This document shows positions 1 to 11,751 of a stretch of 64,000 nt of DNA, piece after piece. Below the pieces are notes generated by a model. The model did no database searches. It was not told the origin of the DNA and saw nothing but the letters and a program-made list of their open reading frames with translations. This DNA comes from Phoronis australis. Its lineage: Eukaryota; Animalia; Phoronida. Both the position numbers and the translations under genes were made by a program. Numbering within the stretch: the stretch's first letter is position 1; the number at the start of each line of letters is the position of its first letter. The stretch is taken from positions 1,506,548 through 1,570,547 of the forward strand of contig NMRA01000025.1 of assembly GCA_002633005.1 (NCBI GenBank), in the 5' to 3' direction.

Positions 1-112
1 ACAACAAGACATCGGTCGTAGCCGTGCGTAGGCCATGCCAGGGTCGTATGTCAGTAGGTTGTTGAAAATCAGTGATGTCACAAAAATCGCCGCTCAGTAA
101 AGTGTAACTCAC

Positions 113-144
113 CCGTTATGGACCACCAATCCATTCCTTGACAT
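113..144 (-). CDS. Possible first coding exon of a minus-strand gene leaving the window to the left (MSRNGLVVHNG)
   Basis: caagATG at 144 followed by 32 nt and a strong GG|gtgagt donor at 112, in a locally CpG-rich context. No homology recognisable. Confidence 0.25.
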
Positions 145-790
145 CTTGAACAACCTTCGCTTGAACCAACTCTAACGAAACAACTGTACACGCGCCTCGC
201 TCTCGAATTCTTTACTGATTGTCAGACTCTGTTTACGCCGTGTTATACTGTGAACCTTACTACGCAAGTCAACAATGTCAAATGTTTATCATGTATTACT
301 ACGCTGCTTACTTACGTTTGACGAAATGGGGTGATATAGAAATTCACGAATTTGTGCTTTCAAGACACAAATAAATTTATCGGTACAATCTAATGAGGGT
401 ATAGGTTTGCATACTTGGTGGACACAAAGTCATGACATAAGTAGAATCATTCTTTGTCTCGGATGCATACATAGCAGCAAATTGACACAAAACCAGTCTG
501 AATGGTAGCTCTATAACTGGAGTTTTGAAAAACCACATGTGGTGACCGTTTCGTGGGGTCAGTTTAGTCTCGATGTTTTTGATATCGATTGTATTTTTAA
601 GTAAACAATTCTCATGTTAAAACTTGCACCAATTCCATGAAATCTGATTTAGAATAACATTTAATACAATTAAAAACACTAAAATTGACCCACACCGATA
701 CTGCAAATAACAAATTTCCGCCGTAGGTAAGAACAAGTCATAAAACCGCAGTTTTATTTTTCACATTAAAATGGAAAGTTAGTGTTAATA

Positions 791-805
791 CAGGGCCGTA
801 GGAAG
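791..805 (+). mobile_element. hAT-type terminal inverted repeat (left-end-like)
   Basis: CAGGGCCGTAGGAAG is 14/15 identical to the reverse complement of 12827-12841, which terminates the transposase-bearing fragment. Confidence 0.45.
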
Positions 806-2466
806 CGATTAAACCGTGGCAACCGACATAGGCGTGGGGCCGGGAACAGTCGAGAAAAGAAAGAATGCGAAATACGGATAAGAGAGAAAATTCAAGAGGA
901 CATTTAACAACTCTGCATCAGTGACCTTGGCCAGGACAATTGTCGTTAGGGTCTCCGCTTTTGCAGCACAGGTCGTCTAAACGCTCTTGAAAACGTGCAC
1001 GAAATCAGTCATACACATATTTCGAAAAATCGAGAAAGTTTGTAAAGCGACGCTTTTGCGGAGAGTACTTATTAACTGAATGTTTAAATTCCATAAGTTA
1101 ATTTTGCGAATGCAAAGCCGTATATTTTTTCCAGATGCCCCACTCTGGCAAGGGATAACGGAGAGAACTTTCGCTTTATTTTTTCTCGAAACTGTATAAT
1201 AAAATTTTTATTTGAGAAAAATTGATGACTTGACAGATAATGTCAATTGCTGCGCATATCCTATATTTAAAAATATAGATATCTTCATATTTAGGGGCCC
1301 GCCCTTGAAGGAGGCCATTGATGACATTCAAGTGGCCACCCTTTTAGTCACGGGGTTTTTATTAACAAATTCTTAAGGGACCGCTCACGGAGAGAGGGCC
1401 CAATGTTGGAATCGATTACCTCTATTTTCCTGTTTTTAGTGAAATCGTGCAACCGGCTTTCGTGTTGAAGGAGGTCACTTCACTCCCTGCATCGTTTTGG
1501 GACCACACGACGGTGGAATGAACTGTCACCCTTTTTTTCCAAGCTTAATGATGTTTAGCCTTTCATCTTAAGATGTCCCATTTCAGACGGTACTCTCTCT
1601 CGGTGGAGCAGTTCGGAGAAAATGTCCCTTTGTCCCTATATACATGTAAATCCGACACTGCCAAGTATTCACAATAAAAGTTGAGATTCCAAATTCATCA
1701 AAAAAAAAAAACACAAAACATTCATGCACAGCACAGCCACTNGGGGGGGGGGAGTTGTTTGGCCAAATCGAAATGGTTTGTGCCTCCTCCATCTCGTGGT
1801 CATGAAAAGTGGAACCGTATCATTCCAAATTTTCTCAGTAAAGTAGGCCTATTACCAAACTGACGGTGCTGCCTTTCATATGTGTTACTGGGAGGCAATT
1901 CTTTTTCAAAACAATCATTACTTGCATAAAGTGGTGGTTCACTGTTTTAATGCCAGATCATTCATCATTTTATTCGTTAGGCCTACGCACCATTTTAAGA
2001 ATCAAGGTCAGGCCCTACACCAACCCAACCCGGCTCACTTTTACTTGGTAAACTGTGGGTAATTTAACAAATAGAGTGAATCTCATAATTTCAAGAGAAA
2101 AGACGATCTTAATATCTTTTCAAAGTAAAGAGGGAATGACACTAACTCATGTAGTGGTTGTTGGGACCATCCAAAATGAACATTCTCAAATTTTAGAATG
2201 TTTCGATTCCCTGCAATGTTGCTTTGACTTTGTTTTAAAGGAAATGTATGTTTTTAAAATTAAATTGGTTGCAATTGCAACAACCAATGAAGTCGGAGGT
2301 CGTCTCTATACCTCCAGGGTCTTTATTTACAGAGGCCTATATTATCACTGACTTTGCATACGATGCGACCAGCTTGAAGATACCCGGACTAGCTGTTCCA
2401 CCGACAGCTCGGTGTCCCGCCCGGTTGCTCGAAACCGAGCCTGGTAGTCAGTTGATTCGCAAAAAT

Positions 2467-2468
<2 letters not shown>

Positions 2469-2515
<47 letters not shown>

Positions 2516-2570
2516 ACGCACACGCACACGCACACGCACAAATGGTGAGTGAACCAGTTAGGCACTCACC
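2469..2570. repeat. (CA)n/(CACGCA)n microsatellite followed by a GGTGAGTG...CACTCACC stem-loop
   Basis: Direct reading. The hairpin is at 2544-2570. The microsatellite-plus-hairpin end recurs at 7822-7877. Confidence 0.85.
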
Positions 2571-2854
2571 GGTAAGGTCTAAATCAAAAGTTGGGGTTTG
2601 TTACGGCGGGTTTAAAACGCTATTAAACAGCATTGAGATTTTTATAATTTGGTACTGTGATCGAATGAAAGTTACGAGAATAGAACAAAGAAGTATTTTT
2701 ATAATTCTGGCATGTTTTGTAGCAACAGTTAAGGCAGAACAAATTTTTCGAAAATTTTCGTTGATAAATCTATCAAATGATACAGTACAGTTAGAGTAGC
2801 GAGCACTTACGTCAAGGTTGCGTTCTGTAGATGCCAGAATCTCGCCAAAACGCT

Positions 2855-2980
2855 GTGATGCAAGTCTTTGTGGGATATGTATCACAAGCGAAACACGTGA
2901 TGCAACTGTTTTTGAGATATGTATCACAAGCGAAACACATGATGCAAGTGTTTGTGGGATATATATCACAAGCGAAACAT
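2855..2980. repeat. 42-bp minisatellite, 3 units
   Basis: Unit GTGATGCAAGTSTTTGTGGGATATGTATCACAAGCGAAACAC. Confidence 0.95.
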
Positions 2981-3263
2981 AGGGTCACACTAGCTTTTCT
3001 TCTAAGTTACATGTATTTTATTTATTTTAAAAACCGTAAGTCTGTCCGCAAACTTGCGTGTAGACGATTTTTTAAATAAATAACTTGAGTCATCAAATCC
3101 GGCGCTGACAAATGAACTGATTTTAATTTGCGCTGTGTTAGCTTACAACTGCACGAGCTGACCACCCACTAAAGCGCGTTCCTGATACACGAGCTTGAAA
3201 TGCGCGTTTCTCTTTTTGTGAATCAAGATTTTTGTACGTTTAATTAAAATATTAATTCCAAGG

Positions 3264-3372
3264 ATGTCTAGCTTTTGTCAACAACAGGAAACACATTTAT
3301 TTACCGCGTTTTTCTTGTTAGTGCAGACTGTGCTGATCGGGTACACAACTACTGAATCTTCAACAAAATCAA
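3264..3372 (+). CDS. IgV gene copy 1 exon 1 (signal peptide)
   Basis: MSSFCQQQETHLFTAFFLLVQTVLIGYTTTESSTKS has a hydrophobic core; the A|gtgagt phase-1 donor matches the V exon. Confidence 0.7.
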
Positions 3373-6300
3373 GTGAGTTTTTCAAAATGTTCTCTTTGTC
3401 GCAATTGATCGACAGCTAAGACAGTTAATTACTATTCGTTCCCTAAATCTTTGAATAAATACACAAAACGTACCGAGAGTGGCGTAGATGAAGTAATATC
3501 CCACTCGACATTATTCCTTCGGTCTCGGTCGATAGGCGGAATAATGTCTCGTGAAATATTATTTTATCTACGCCATTCGAGTTACGTTTCGTACTTATCC
3601 CATACGCTTTGAATTCCTAAGTTTCTTTCATTTTTCGGCAGATTATTTAAATACTTAAACCAGACTGTTCACGTGACAGATCACATCCTATATATGGTAA
3701 CTGTGCATTTTCTGAAAATAGTTAAATAACAACATTTGATATTGTAGTTGCCGAGGAATTGGTACCTGAGTTGCAGACGATATAATATTTAGCACTTAAA
3801 ACTGAGACAGAGCTGTCATATAATTATCAGTCTTGTTCCAGATGTTACGTTTGGGACCTGGTTGCATGTCTAGTGTTATTTATACAGCTGTTGTTGTATT
3901 ACTTTAGAATTTTTCGGAAAGTTTGATGATCGAACCAGCTAACGACTTTGACCTAACTTTTGAACTTTCCATGTCAGAGATCACTGGTGAAATAGTGCGG
4001 GAGGTGAATACGGAAAACAATATCACATGGCAGTATTGCACTCGGCTGATTCAATGCGTATGGGATTACGCAGTGGCGGATTTAGAGGAGGGCCAAGGGG
4101 GCCATGCCCCCCCTAAATTTCTCCTAGTTTACATTTGTCAGATGGGGGGTGCGAATATCTGACGGTCAAAATCCTGGCTAATAGTCTGCCATGTCCCCCC
4201 CAACTCAAAATCCTGGATCCGCCCCTGTGACCCTCTATAATCCTTGTCTATCATCAAAAGTTTTCACTTGACAAATTTGAAAGCCGTTTTTTGAATGATG
4301 ATTAAACTCGTGGAACGCACTTGGGTGACAGTGCACGTGACAGCACTACGTGAAACAGTTTCTTTGCTTCCCCAGGACGTATTTTGATAATGCTGCTCTA
4401 TAGGCCTATGTGATCACTGTTTCGGTGAAAAAAGCACATTGCAGAGAACATATTGCTATTGTATGCTTCCACACTAATTGCGCCTCTATATTGGCTTTGC
4501 GCATGTTGAACTGTGGCAAATCGGTTGGCGTGGCCTGATTGCGTTTGCTGGATCTGCTGATTGTTCTTCGAAAATAGTCTACTCCAGTCACTGCTTGAAA
4601 AAATGCAATCCGTAGACGCAGGAAACTCGCGAAACGCATTTTCATATTTTTATATTGAAATGCATTTGAAGCCAAGGTTTTCTTCCGAAGATTTTCTTGC
4701 ACCTACGGAGCACAGTCGTCATATGTGTTTACAAATGAGCCCATACCCGGATACTTGACAATTCTAACTTGTCACACCACCTAGGCCTACTTTCTTGCTC
4801 TAGAACCTCAGGTGGATCCGTCTCCCAAACTTGCCATTTTCGGCGGTAATCTCACGCTGCTATGCGCGTATACGCCATCGGCTGGAGAATATATTACGAA
4901 GATCGAGTGGCGACGATCGGCGGCGAAATTGGTCTTTTTTGAACAGTCTTGGAATCACCCTGACGGCGAGCCAGTCATGAACTGGTTTGGTGCATTTCGT
5001 TCAGCAAAACAGCCAGGTGTGTCAGAAAACGCCGCATTCCACGGTTCTACGTATGGACGGTCAAATGGTGTTGCATCGATAACAATTTTTAACGTGGGAT
5101 ATGCGATAGAAGGAGAATATACGTGTGCATTCACTCTGGGCACCAGTGACGGGTTTAAAACTGCGGAGGCAAACGTTGTCGTCAAACTTGGAGGTAGGAT
5201 TTCTGCAGTGAAGTTAGAAGGCTGGGGTGGGGTCCACGTACCGAACAGGACAGGGTTCAGAGGGGGTGACACGGATTTCAGTGGGGAGAGTAATGGTCAA
5301 CCGGAGTGGCGGCGTTAAATTCGAGTGGCAAATCTATTGATTTGCAGGAGTTTCACGATCGATACTTGCGGCAGCGGACAGAATAGGAAAATGATAACGA
5401 CACCGACATCATTTGTGAAACTGTCCGTGACCTTTACCCTTTTGAGGCACGTGCTGTGTTTGTCAAGGCCGGGAGCTACAGTTTGGAGAAGCTTCGCCTT
5501 ACTTCCTGTTACAAATCGGACACTGGTGATGATAATTCACCTGGAAAAGTAAATAGCAATGCTGGAGGATCTGGGAAGTTGTAAGGGTGTCCCAACCTCA
5601 ATTTTTGAAGATATATTGACCACGTAACCCCCTTCTAAATCCGCCCATAGATAAGATTTCAAATTGGTTAAAAAATTAAAACCGAGTAATGTTGAAATTC
5701 GGTAAAGGGTATGAAACTGAGACGACCTGGAGGCGAAAGTAGTGGAGATCAGGGAATTAGGAAAGATGGGACAACTTAAAGATGGCAACGTTATGGCAGC
5801 TGCCGCGATGTTTGACCAAGTCGAATTTGGCAGGATTACTGATAAGTGTACCTGTGTAAAGGGGACACGAGGGGGCCAATGAACGCACACTCTCAAAGCA
5901 AAATCTGTATCAATAGATCGATAATAGATACTGGTATAAAGGTTTGCCTGAGTAATCAATTCCCAGTCAAAAACCTATATCATGGACCGATGTCAGAAAA
6001 CACTATGAACCCAGTAATTCGCGATGCAGCGACGTTTTGTATTGACAGAGACTGTGTCGTCTTTGATACTTTGAAATCCCCCGCAAACATGACGTCCGTC
6101 TCCACGTTATAAAATGTTGCGTGCGGCCGTGTCAATTTGTCATGTGCCGTGACAAGTTCATCTGTATTGTGAACAAAATATCTGTTTACGACTTTTGAAT
6201 GGTTCAAAATCTTTTAACGCCAACACGTTGTAGACTGAGTGACGTATTTTGAAATCAAAGGTGGCGAGGTTATGAAAGCCCTTACATTTCACTATGATAT

Positions 6301-7359
6301 TTGACTCGTCGTATTTAGTGAAATCCAATTACACTTGGCTATCAGTACACTGTACATGCATGGACTTAACGTTGTCAACAATGTTTTCTATAATTTTTTA
6401 ATTTGATTGCCAGTGGTAAATTAGAGTTCTCCTGTCTTTTCTCAGGAATAGGGAAACGAGAATATCCAGAAATGGGAAGAGCAGTGTCGGCAGGTAAGTG
6501 ATCTTAAACTTGTCGGTTATCAACCTTTGTTAGGTTAAGTGTAATTTGAGATGACGAGCTTGTTGGATTATGTAATTAACTTTTCCGTCTTCTCCTACAC
6601 CACCATCTATTTGTATTACCTACTGCTAGTCTTCATGCAATAAGCCACAGCGCACGATTCGATGGTTGATTACGACTAAGAGAAGAGGTGTTATCTCAAG
6701 CAAAGTGGACGAGCATGGGTTCAAATCTTGGCAATTACTGCAAAATTACCAAGTGTAATAATAATGGCAAATTGTCGACTGATTGTATAGCCCTCGTCGC
6801 TCGTGGTCGGAAAATTGTGGACCAATGAACAATTGAAAAATGCTAAAATGGCCAGTGTCAAGAGCAAGTTATGTAGTCCCAGGAAAAATATGCGCGAACC
6901 CAGCCTGAAAAAATGAGAGGGGCTCGAATTTTTTAGTGTGAACCTTTTACTAAGATTCACGGGGTACGTTCAGAACTATGAATTGTGCATTCGCCGAATT
7001 TTGGCAGTTCCTGCCTTTTCAGTGGACATTTGTCTCATTTCTAAGGTTTTTTTGGGGGGTTTGTTTTTTCGAGGCGGATCTTTTTGCTCACTTCGCTAAA
7101 TTGGGGGTCTCGTTCGAGCCCTCGAGCCCCTCCCCGGGTGCGCGTATGGAAAACATGTCGTGTGCATTACGCTCTTGGTGGATCATTATCGACGTAGTTA
7201 TTGACGTTTTTGGAAAAGGAGTTGGTTTCAAATCAATTCTAAAAACATTATGTATTTTTGCAGGCAGAGATGCAACACGAGCAGCCAACTCTGAGCTTTA
7301 CGCTAGCTTGTCGGCTGTGTTTGCCTTCGTCGTATCACACAATTTCATCAATGGGGGAA
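3264..7359 (+). CDS. Single V-set immunoglobulin-domain cell-surface protein, probably GPI-anchored (copy 1); 3' end falls in the N gap
   Basis: Exons 3264-3372, 4804-5193, 6446-6493 and 7264-7359(gap), all joined by phase-1 GT-AG introns, give an open frame: signal peptide, IgV, GIGKREYPEMGRAVSA, then GRDATRAANSELYASLSAVFAFVVSHNFINGG. Confidence 0.75.
3465..3597. repeat. Palindromic (foldback) repeat in intron 1 of the IgV gene
   Basis: AAACGTACC..GAGTGGCGTAGATGAAGTAATAT pairs with ATTATTTTATCTACGCCATTCGAGTTACGTTT. Confidence 0.5.
4071..4227 (+). mobile_element. CAGTGGCGGA...TCCGCCCCTG MITE (5-bp TSD family)
   Basis: Short TIRs. The homologous copy at 9457-9614 has a perfect TTACG TSD, and an inverted copy lies at 44672-44810. 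Confidence 0.8.
4804..5193 (+). CDS. IgV gene copy 1 exon 2: V-set Ig domain
   Basis: 390-nt phase 1-1 exon (ctctag|AA...GGAG|gtagga). B-strand Cys (NLTLLCAY), C-strand Trp (IEWRR), E-strand (ASITIFNV) and F-strand xGxYxC (EGEYTC). Confidence 0.85.
6446..6493 (+). CDS. IgV gene copy 1 exon 3 (linker, GIGKREYPEMGRAVSA)
   Basis: tctcctgtcttttctcag| acceptor, G|gtaagt donor, 48 nt, phase 1-1. Confidence 0.7.
6889..7148 (+). mobile_element. CATGCGCGCACCC-type MITE
   Basis: Degenerate TIRs TATGCGCGAACCC / GGGTGCGCGTATG; related to 15733-15929 and 42260-42510. Confidence 0.65.
7264..7359 (+). CDS. IgV gene copy 1 exon 4 (hydrophobic C-terminal, GPI-signal-like), truncated by gap
   Basis: tatttttgcag| phase-1 acceptor, in frame; encodes LYASLSAVFAFVV. 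Confidence 0.6.
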
Positions 7360-7821
7360 NNNNNNNNNNNNNNNNNNNNNNNNNNNNNNNNNNNNNNNNN
7401 NNNNNNNNNNNNNNNNNNNNNNNNNNNNNNNNNNNNNNNNNNNNNNNNNNNNNNNNNNNNNNNNNNNNNNNNNNNNNNNNNNNNNNNNNNNNNNNNNNNN
7501 NNNNNNNNNNNNNNNNNNNNNNNNNNNNNNNNNNNNNNNNNNNNNNNNNNNNNNNNNNNNNNNNNNNNNNNNNNNNNNNNNNNNNNNNNNNNNNNNNNNN
7601 NNNNNNNNNNNNNNNNNNNNNNNNNNNNNNNNNNNNNNNNNNNNNNNNNNNNNNNNNNNNNNNNNNNNNNNNNNNNNNNNNNNNNNNNNNNNNNNNNNNN
7701 NNNNNNNNNNNNNNNNNNNNNNNNNNNNNNNNNNNNNNNNNNNNNNNNNNNNNNNNNNNNNNNNNNNNNNNNNNNNNNNNNNNNNNNNNNNNNNNNNNNN
7801 NNNNNNNNNNNNNNNNNNNNN
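7360..7821. other. Assembly gap (462 N)
   Basis: Run of N. Confidence 1.
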
Positions 7822-8150
7822 CACGCACACGCACACGCACACGCACAAATGGTGAGTGAACCAGTTAGGCACTCACCGGTAAGGTCTAAATCAAAAGTTG
7901 GGGTTTGTTACGGCGGGTTTAAAACGCTATTAAACAGCACTGAGATTTTTATAATTTGGTACTGTGATAGAATGAAAGTTACGAGAATAGAACAAAGAAG
8001 TATTTTTATAATTCTGGCATGTTTTGTAGCAACAGTGAAGGCAGGACAAATTTTTCTAAAATTTTCGTTGATAAATCTATCAAATGATACAGTAGCGAGC
8101 ACGTACGTCGAGGTTGCGTTCTGTAGATGCCAGAAACTCGCCAAAACTCT

Positions 8151-8360
8151 GTGATGCAAGTTTTTGTGGGATATGTATCACAAGCGAAACACGTGATGCA
8201 ACTGTTTTTGAGATATGTATCACAAGCGAAACACATGATGCAAGTGTTTGTGGGATATGTATCACAAGCGAAACACATGGTGCAAGTGTTTGTGGGATAT
8301 GTATCACAAGCGAAACACATGATGCAAGTGTTTGTGGGATATATATCACAAGCGAAACAT
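8151..8360. repeat. 42-bp minisatellite, 5 units
   Basis: Same unit as 2855-2980 with a different copy number. Confidence 0.95.
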
Positions 8361-8643
8361 ATGGTCACACTAGCTTTTCTTCTAAGTTAATAGTACTTTA
8401 TTTATTTTAAAAACCGTAAGTCTGTCCGCAAGCTTGCGTGTAGACAATTTTTTAAATAAATAACTTGAGTCATCAAATCCGGCGCTGACAAATGAACTGA
8501 TTTTAATTTGCGCTGTGTTAGCTTACAACTGCACGAGCTGACCACCCACCAAAGCGCGTTCCTGATACGCGAGCTTGAAATGCGCGTTTCTCCTTTTGTG
8601 AATCAAGATTTTTGTACGTCTAATTAAAATAGTAATTCCAAAT

Positions 8644-11600
8644 ATGCCTAGCTTTTGTCAACAACAGGAAACACATTTATTTACCGCGTTTTTCTTGTTA
8701 GTGCAGACTGTGCTGATCGGGTACACAACTACTGAATCTTCAACAAAATCAAGTGAGTTTTTCAAAATGTTCTCTTTGTCGCAATTGATCGACAACTAAG
8801 AAAGTTAATTACTATTCGTTTCCTAAATCTTTGAATAAATACACAAAACGTACCGTAGATGAAGATATCCCACTCGACATTATTCGGTCTCGGTCGATAG
8901 GCGGAACAATGTCTCGTGAAATATTATTTTATCTACGCCATTCGAGTTACGTTTTGTATTTATCCCATACGCTTTGAATTCCTAAGTTTCTTTCATGTTT
9001 TTCGGCAGATTATTTAAACACTTAAACCAGACTGTTCACGTGACATATCACATCCTATATATGGTAACTGTGCATTGAACTTGTAAGTACATTTTCTGAA
9101 AATAGTTAAATAACAACATTTGATATTGTAGTTACCGAGGAATCGGCGCCTGAGTTGCAGACGATATAATATTTAGCAATTGAAAATTGAGACAGAGCTG
9201 TCATATAATTAACAGTCTTGTTCCAGATGTTACGTTTGGGACCTGGTTGCATGTCTAGTGTTATTTATACTGCTGCAATTGTATTACTTTAGAATTTTTT
9301 CGGAAAGTTTGATGATCGAACCAGCTAACGACGTCGACCTACCTTTTGAACTTTCCATGTCAGAGATCACTGGGGAAATAGTGCGGGAGGTGAATACGGA
9401 AAACAATATCACATGGCCGTATTGCACTCGGCTGATGCAATGCGTATGGGATTACGCAGTGGCGGATTTAGAGTGGGGCCAAGGGGGCCATGCCCCCCCC
9501 TAAGATTCTCCTAGTTTACATTTGTCAGATGGGGGGGTGCGAATATCTGACGGTCAAAATCCTGGCTAATAGTTTGCCATGCCCCCCAACTCAAAATCCT
9601 GGATCCGCCCCCTGTTACGCTCTATAATCCTTGTCTATCATCAAAAGCTTTCACTTGACAAATTTGAAAGCCGTTTTTTGAATGATGATTAAACTCGTGG
9701 AACGCACTTGGGTGACAGTGCACGTGACAACACTACGTGAAACAGTTTGTTTGCTTCCCCAGGACGCATTTTGATAATGCTGCTCTATAGGCCTATGTGA
9801 TCACTGTTTCGGTGAAAAAGCACATTGCAGAGAACATATTGCTATTGTATGCTTCCACACTAATTGCGCCTCTATATTGGCTTTGCGCATGTTGAACTGT
9901 GGCAAATCGGTTGGCGTGGCCTGATTGCGTTTGCTGGATCTGCTGATTGTTCTTCGAAAATAGTCTACTCCAGTCACTGCTTGAAAAAATGCGATCCGTA
10001 GACACAAGAAACTCGCTAAACGCATTTTCATATTTTTATATTGAAATGCATTTGAAGCCAAGATTTTCTTCCGAAGATTTTCTTGCACCTACGGAGCACA
10101 GTCGTCATATGTGTTTACAAATGAGCCTATACCTGGATACTTGACAAATCTAACTTGTCACACCACCTAGGGCCTACTTTCTTGCTCTAGAACCTCAGGT
10201 GGACCCGTCTCCCAAACTTGCCATTTTCGGCGGTAATCTCACGCTGCTGTGCGCGTATACGCCATCGGCTGCAGAATATATTACGAAGATCGAATGGCGA
10301 CGATCGGCGGCGAAACTGGTCTTTTTCGAACAGTCTTGGGATCACCCTGACGGCGAGCCAGTCATAACCTGGTTTGGTGCATTTCGTTCAGCAAAACAGC
10401 CAGGTGTGTCAGAAAACGCGGCATTCCACGGTTCTACGTATGGACGGTCAAATGGTGTTGCGACGATTACAATTTTTAACGTGGGATATGCGATAGAAGG
10501 AGAATACACGTGTGCATTCACTCTGGGCACCAGTGACGGGTTTAAAACTGCGGAGGCAAACGTTGTCGTCAAACTTGGAGGTAGGATTTCTGTAGTGAAG
10601 TTAGAAGGCGGGGTTGGGGCCCACGTACCGACCAGGACAGGGTTCAGAGGGTGATGACACGGATTTCAGTGGGGAGAGTAATGGTCAACCGGAGTGGCGG
10701 CGTTAAATTCGAGTGGCAAATCTGTTGATTTGCAGGGGTTTCACGATACTTGCGGCAGCGGACAGAATAGGAAAATGATAACGACACCGACATCATTTGT
10801 GAAACTTTCCGTGTCCTTTACCCTTTTGAGACACATGCTGTGTTTGTCAAGGCCAGGAGCTGCAGTTTGGAGAAGCTTCGCCTTACTTCCTGTTACAAAT
10901 CGGGCACTGGTGATCATAATTCACCTGGAAAAGTAAATAGCAATACTGGAGGATCTGGAAAGTTGTAAGGGTGTCCCAACCTCAATTTTTGAAGATATAT
11001 TGACCACTAAGCAATGACCATCGCCTCTTTTGGCCCGAACCAGAGGCGATGGTCATTGCCTAATTGACCACGTGACCCCCTTCTAAATCCGCCCATAGAT
11101 AAGATTTCAAATTGGTTAAAAAATATATATTAAAACCGAGTAATGTTGAAATTCGGTGCAGGATATGAAACTGAGAAGACCTGGAGGCGAAAGTAGTAGA
11201 GATCAGGGAATTAGGATGGCAATGTTGTGGCAGCTGCTGCGATGTTTGACCAAGTCGAATTTGGCAGGATTAGTGATAAAGTACCTGTGTAAAGGGGACA
11301 TGAAGGGGCCAATGAACATACACACTCTCAAAACAACTTGAAAAATCTATATCAATAGATACTGGTATAAAGGTTTGCCAGAGTAATCACTGAATTCCCA
11401 GTCAAAAACCTATAACATGGAATCGATGTCAGAAAACAGTACGAACCCAGTAATTCGCGATGCAGCGACGTTTTGTATTGACAGAGACTGTGTCGTCTTT
11501 GGTACTTTGAAATCCCCCGAAAACATGACGCCTGTCTTCACACTATCAAATGTTGCGTGTGGCCGTGTCAATTTGTCATGTGCCGTGACAAGTTCATCTG

Positions 11601-11751
11601 TATTGTGAAAAAATATCTGTTTACGACTTTTGTCAACAATGTTTTCTATAATTTTTTAATTTGATTGCCGGTGGTAAATTAGAGTTCTCCTGTCTTTTCT
11701 CAGGAACAGGGAAACGAGAATATCCAGAAATGGGAAGAGCAGTGTCGGCAG
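8644..11751 (+). CDS. Single V-set Ig protein (copy 2), partial: exons 8644-8752, 10191-10580, 11704-11751
   Basis: Same splice sites and frame as copy 1; begins MPSFCQQQ; linker GTGKR. The last exon is not present before the N at 11943. Confidence 0.7.
9457..9614 (+). mobile_element. CAGTGGCGGA MITE with TTACG 5-bp TSD
   Basis: ttacg|CAGTGGCGGA...TCCGCCCCCTG|ttacg. Confidence 0.85.
10191..10580 (+). CDS. IgV gene copy 2 V-set exon
   Basis: 14 substitutions versus copy 1 by manual alignment (9 synonymous, 5 replacement), no indels. Confidence 0.85.
11008..11062. mobile_element. 55-bp mini-MITE, 21-bp TIRs, 9-bp TSD (ATTGACCAC)
   Basis: TAAGCAATGACCATCGCCTCT-13 nt-AGAGGCGATGGTCATTGCCTA. The empty site, with a single ATTGACCAC, is at ~5615-5623. 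Confidence 0.9.

Noticed and set aside
2248-2799. 183-aa ORF with THTH/HAHA run
   Set aside because: Microsatellite read-through. The apparent ATG|gtgagt donor at 2542 is part of a repeat hairpin.
4804-5193. Rearranging V segment with RSS
   Set aside because: The exon encodes a complete domain including the G strand and ends in a normal splice donor; no CACAGTG/ACAAAAACC pair is adjacent.
6978-8154. Long ORFs of 174-298 aa
   Set aside because: Artefacts of reading through the N gap; only 7264-7359 is retained as an exon.
8006-8410. Cys-rich repetitive ORFs (CFACDTYPTNT) on both strands
   Set aside because: Translations of the 42-bp minisatellite; no splice or homology support.
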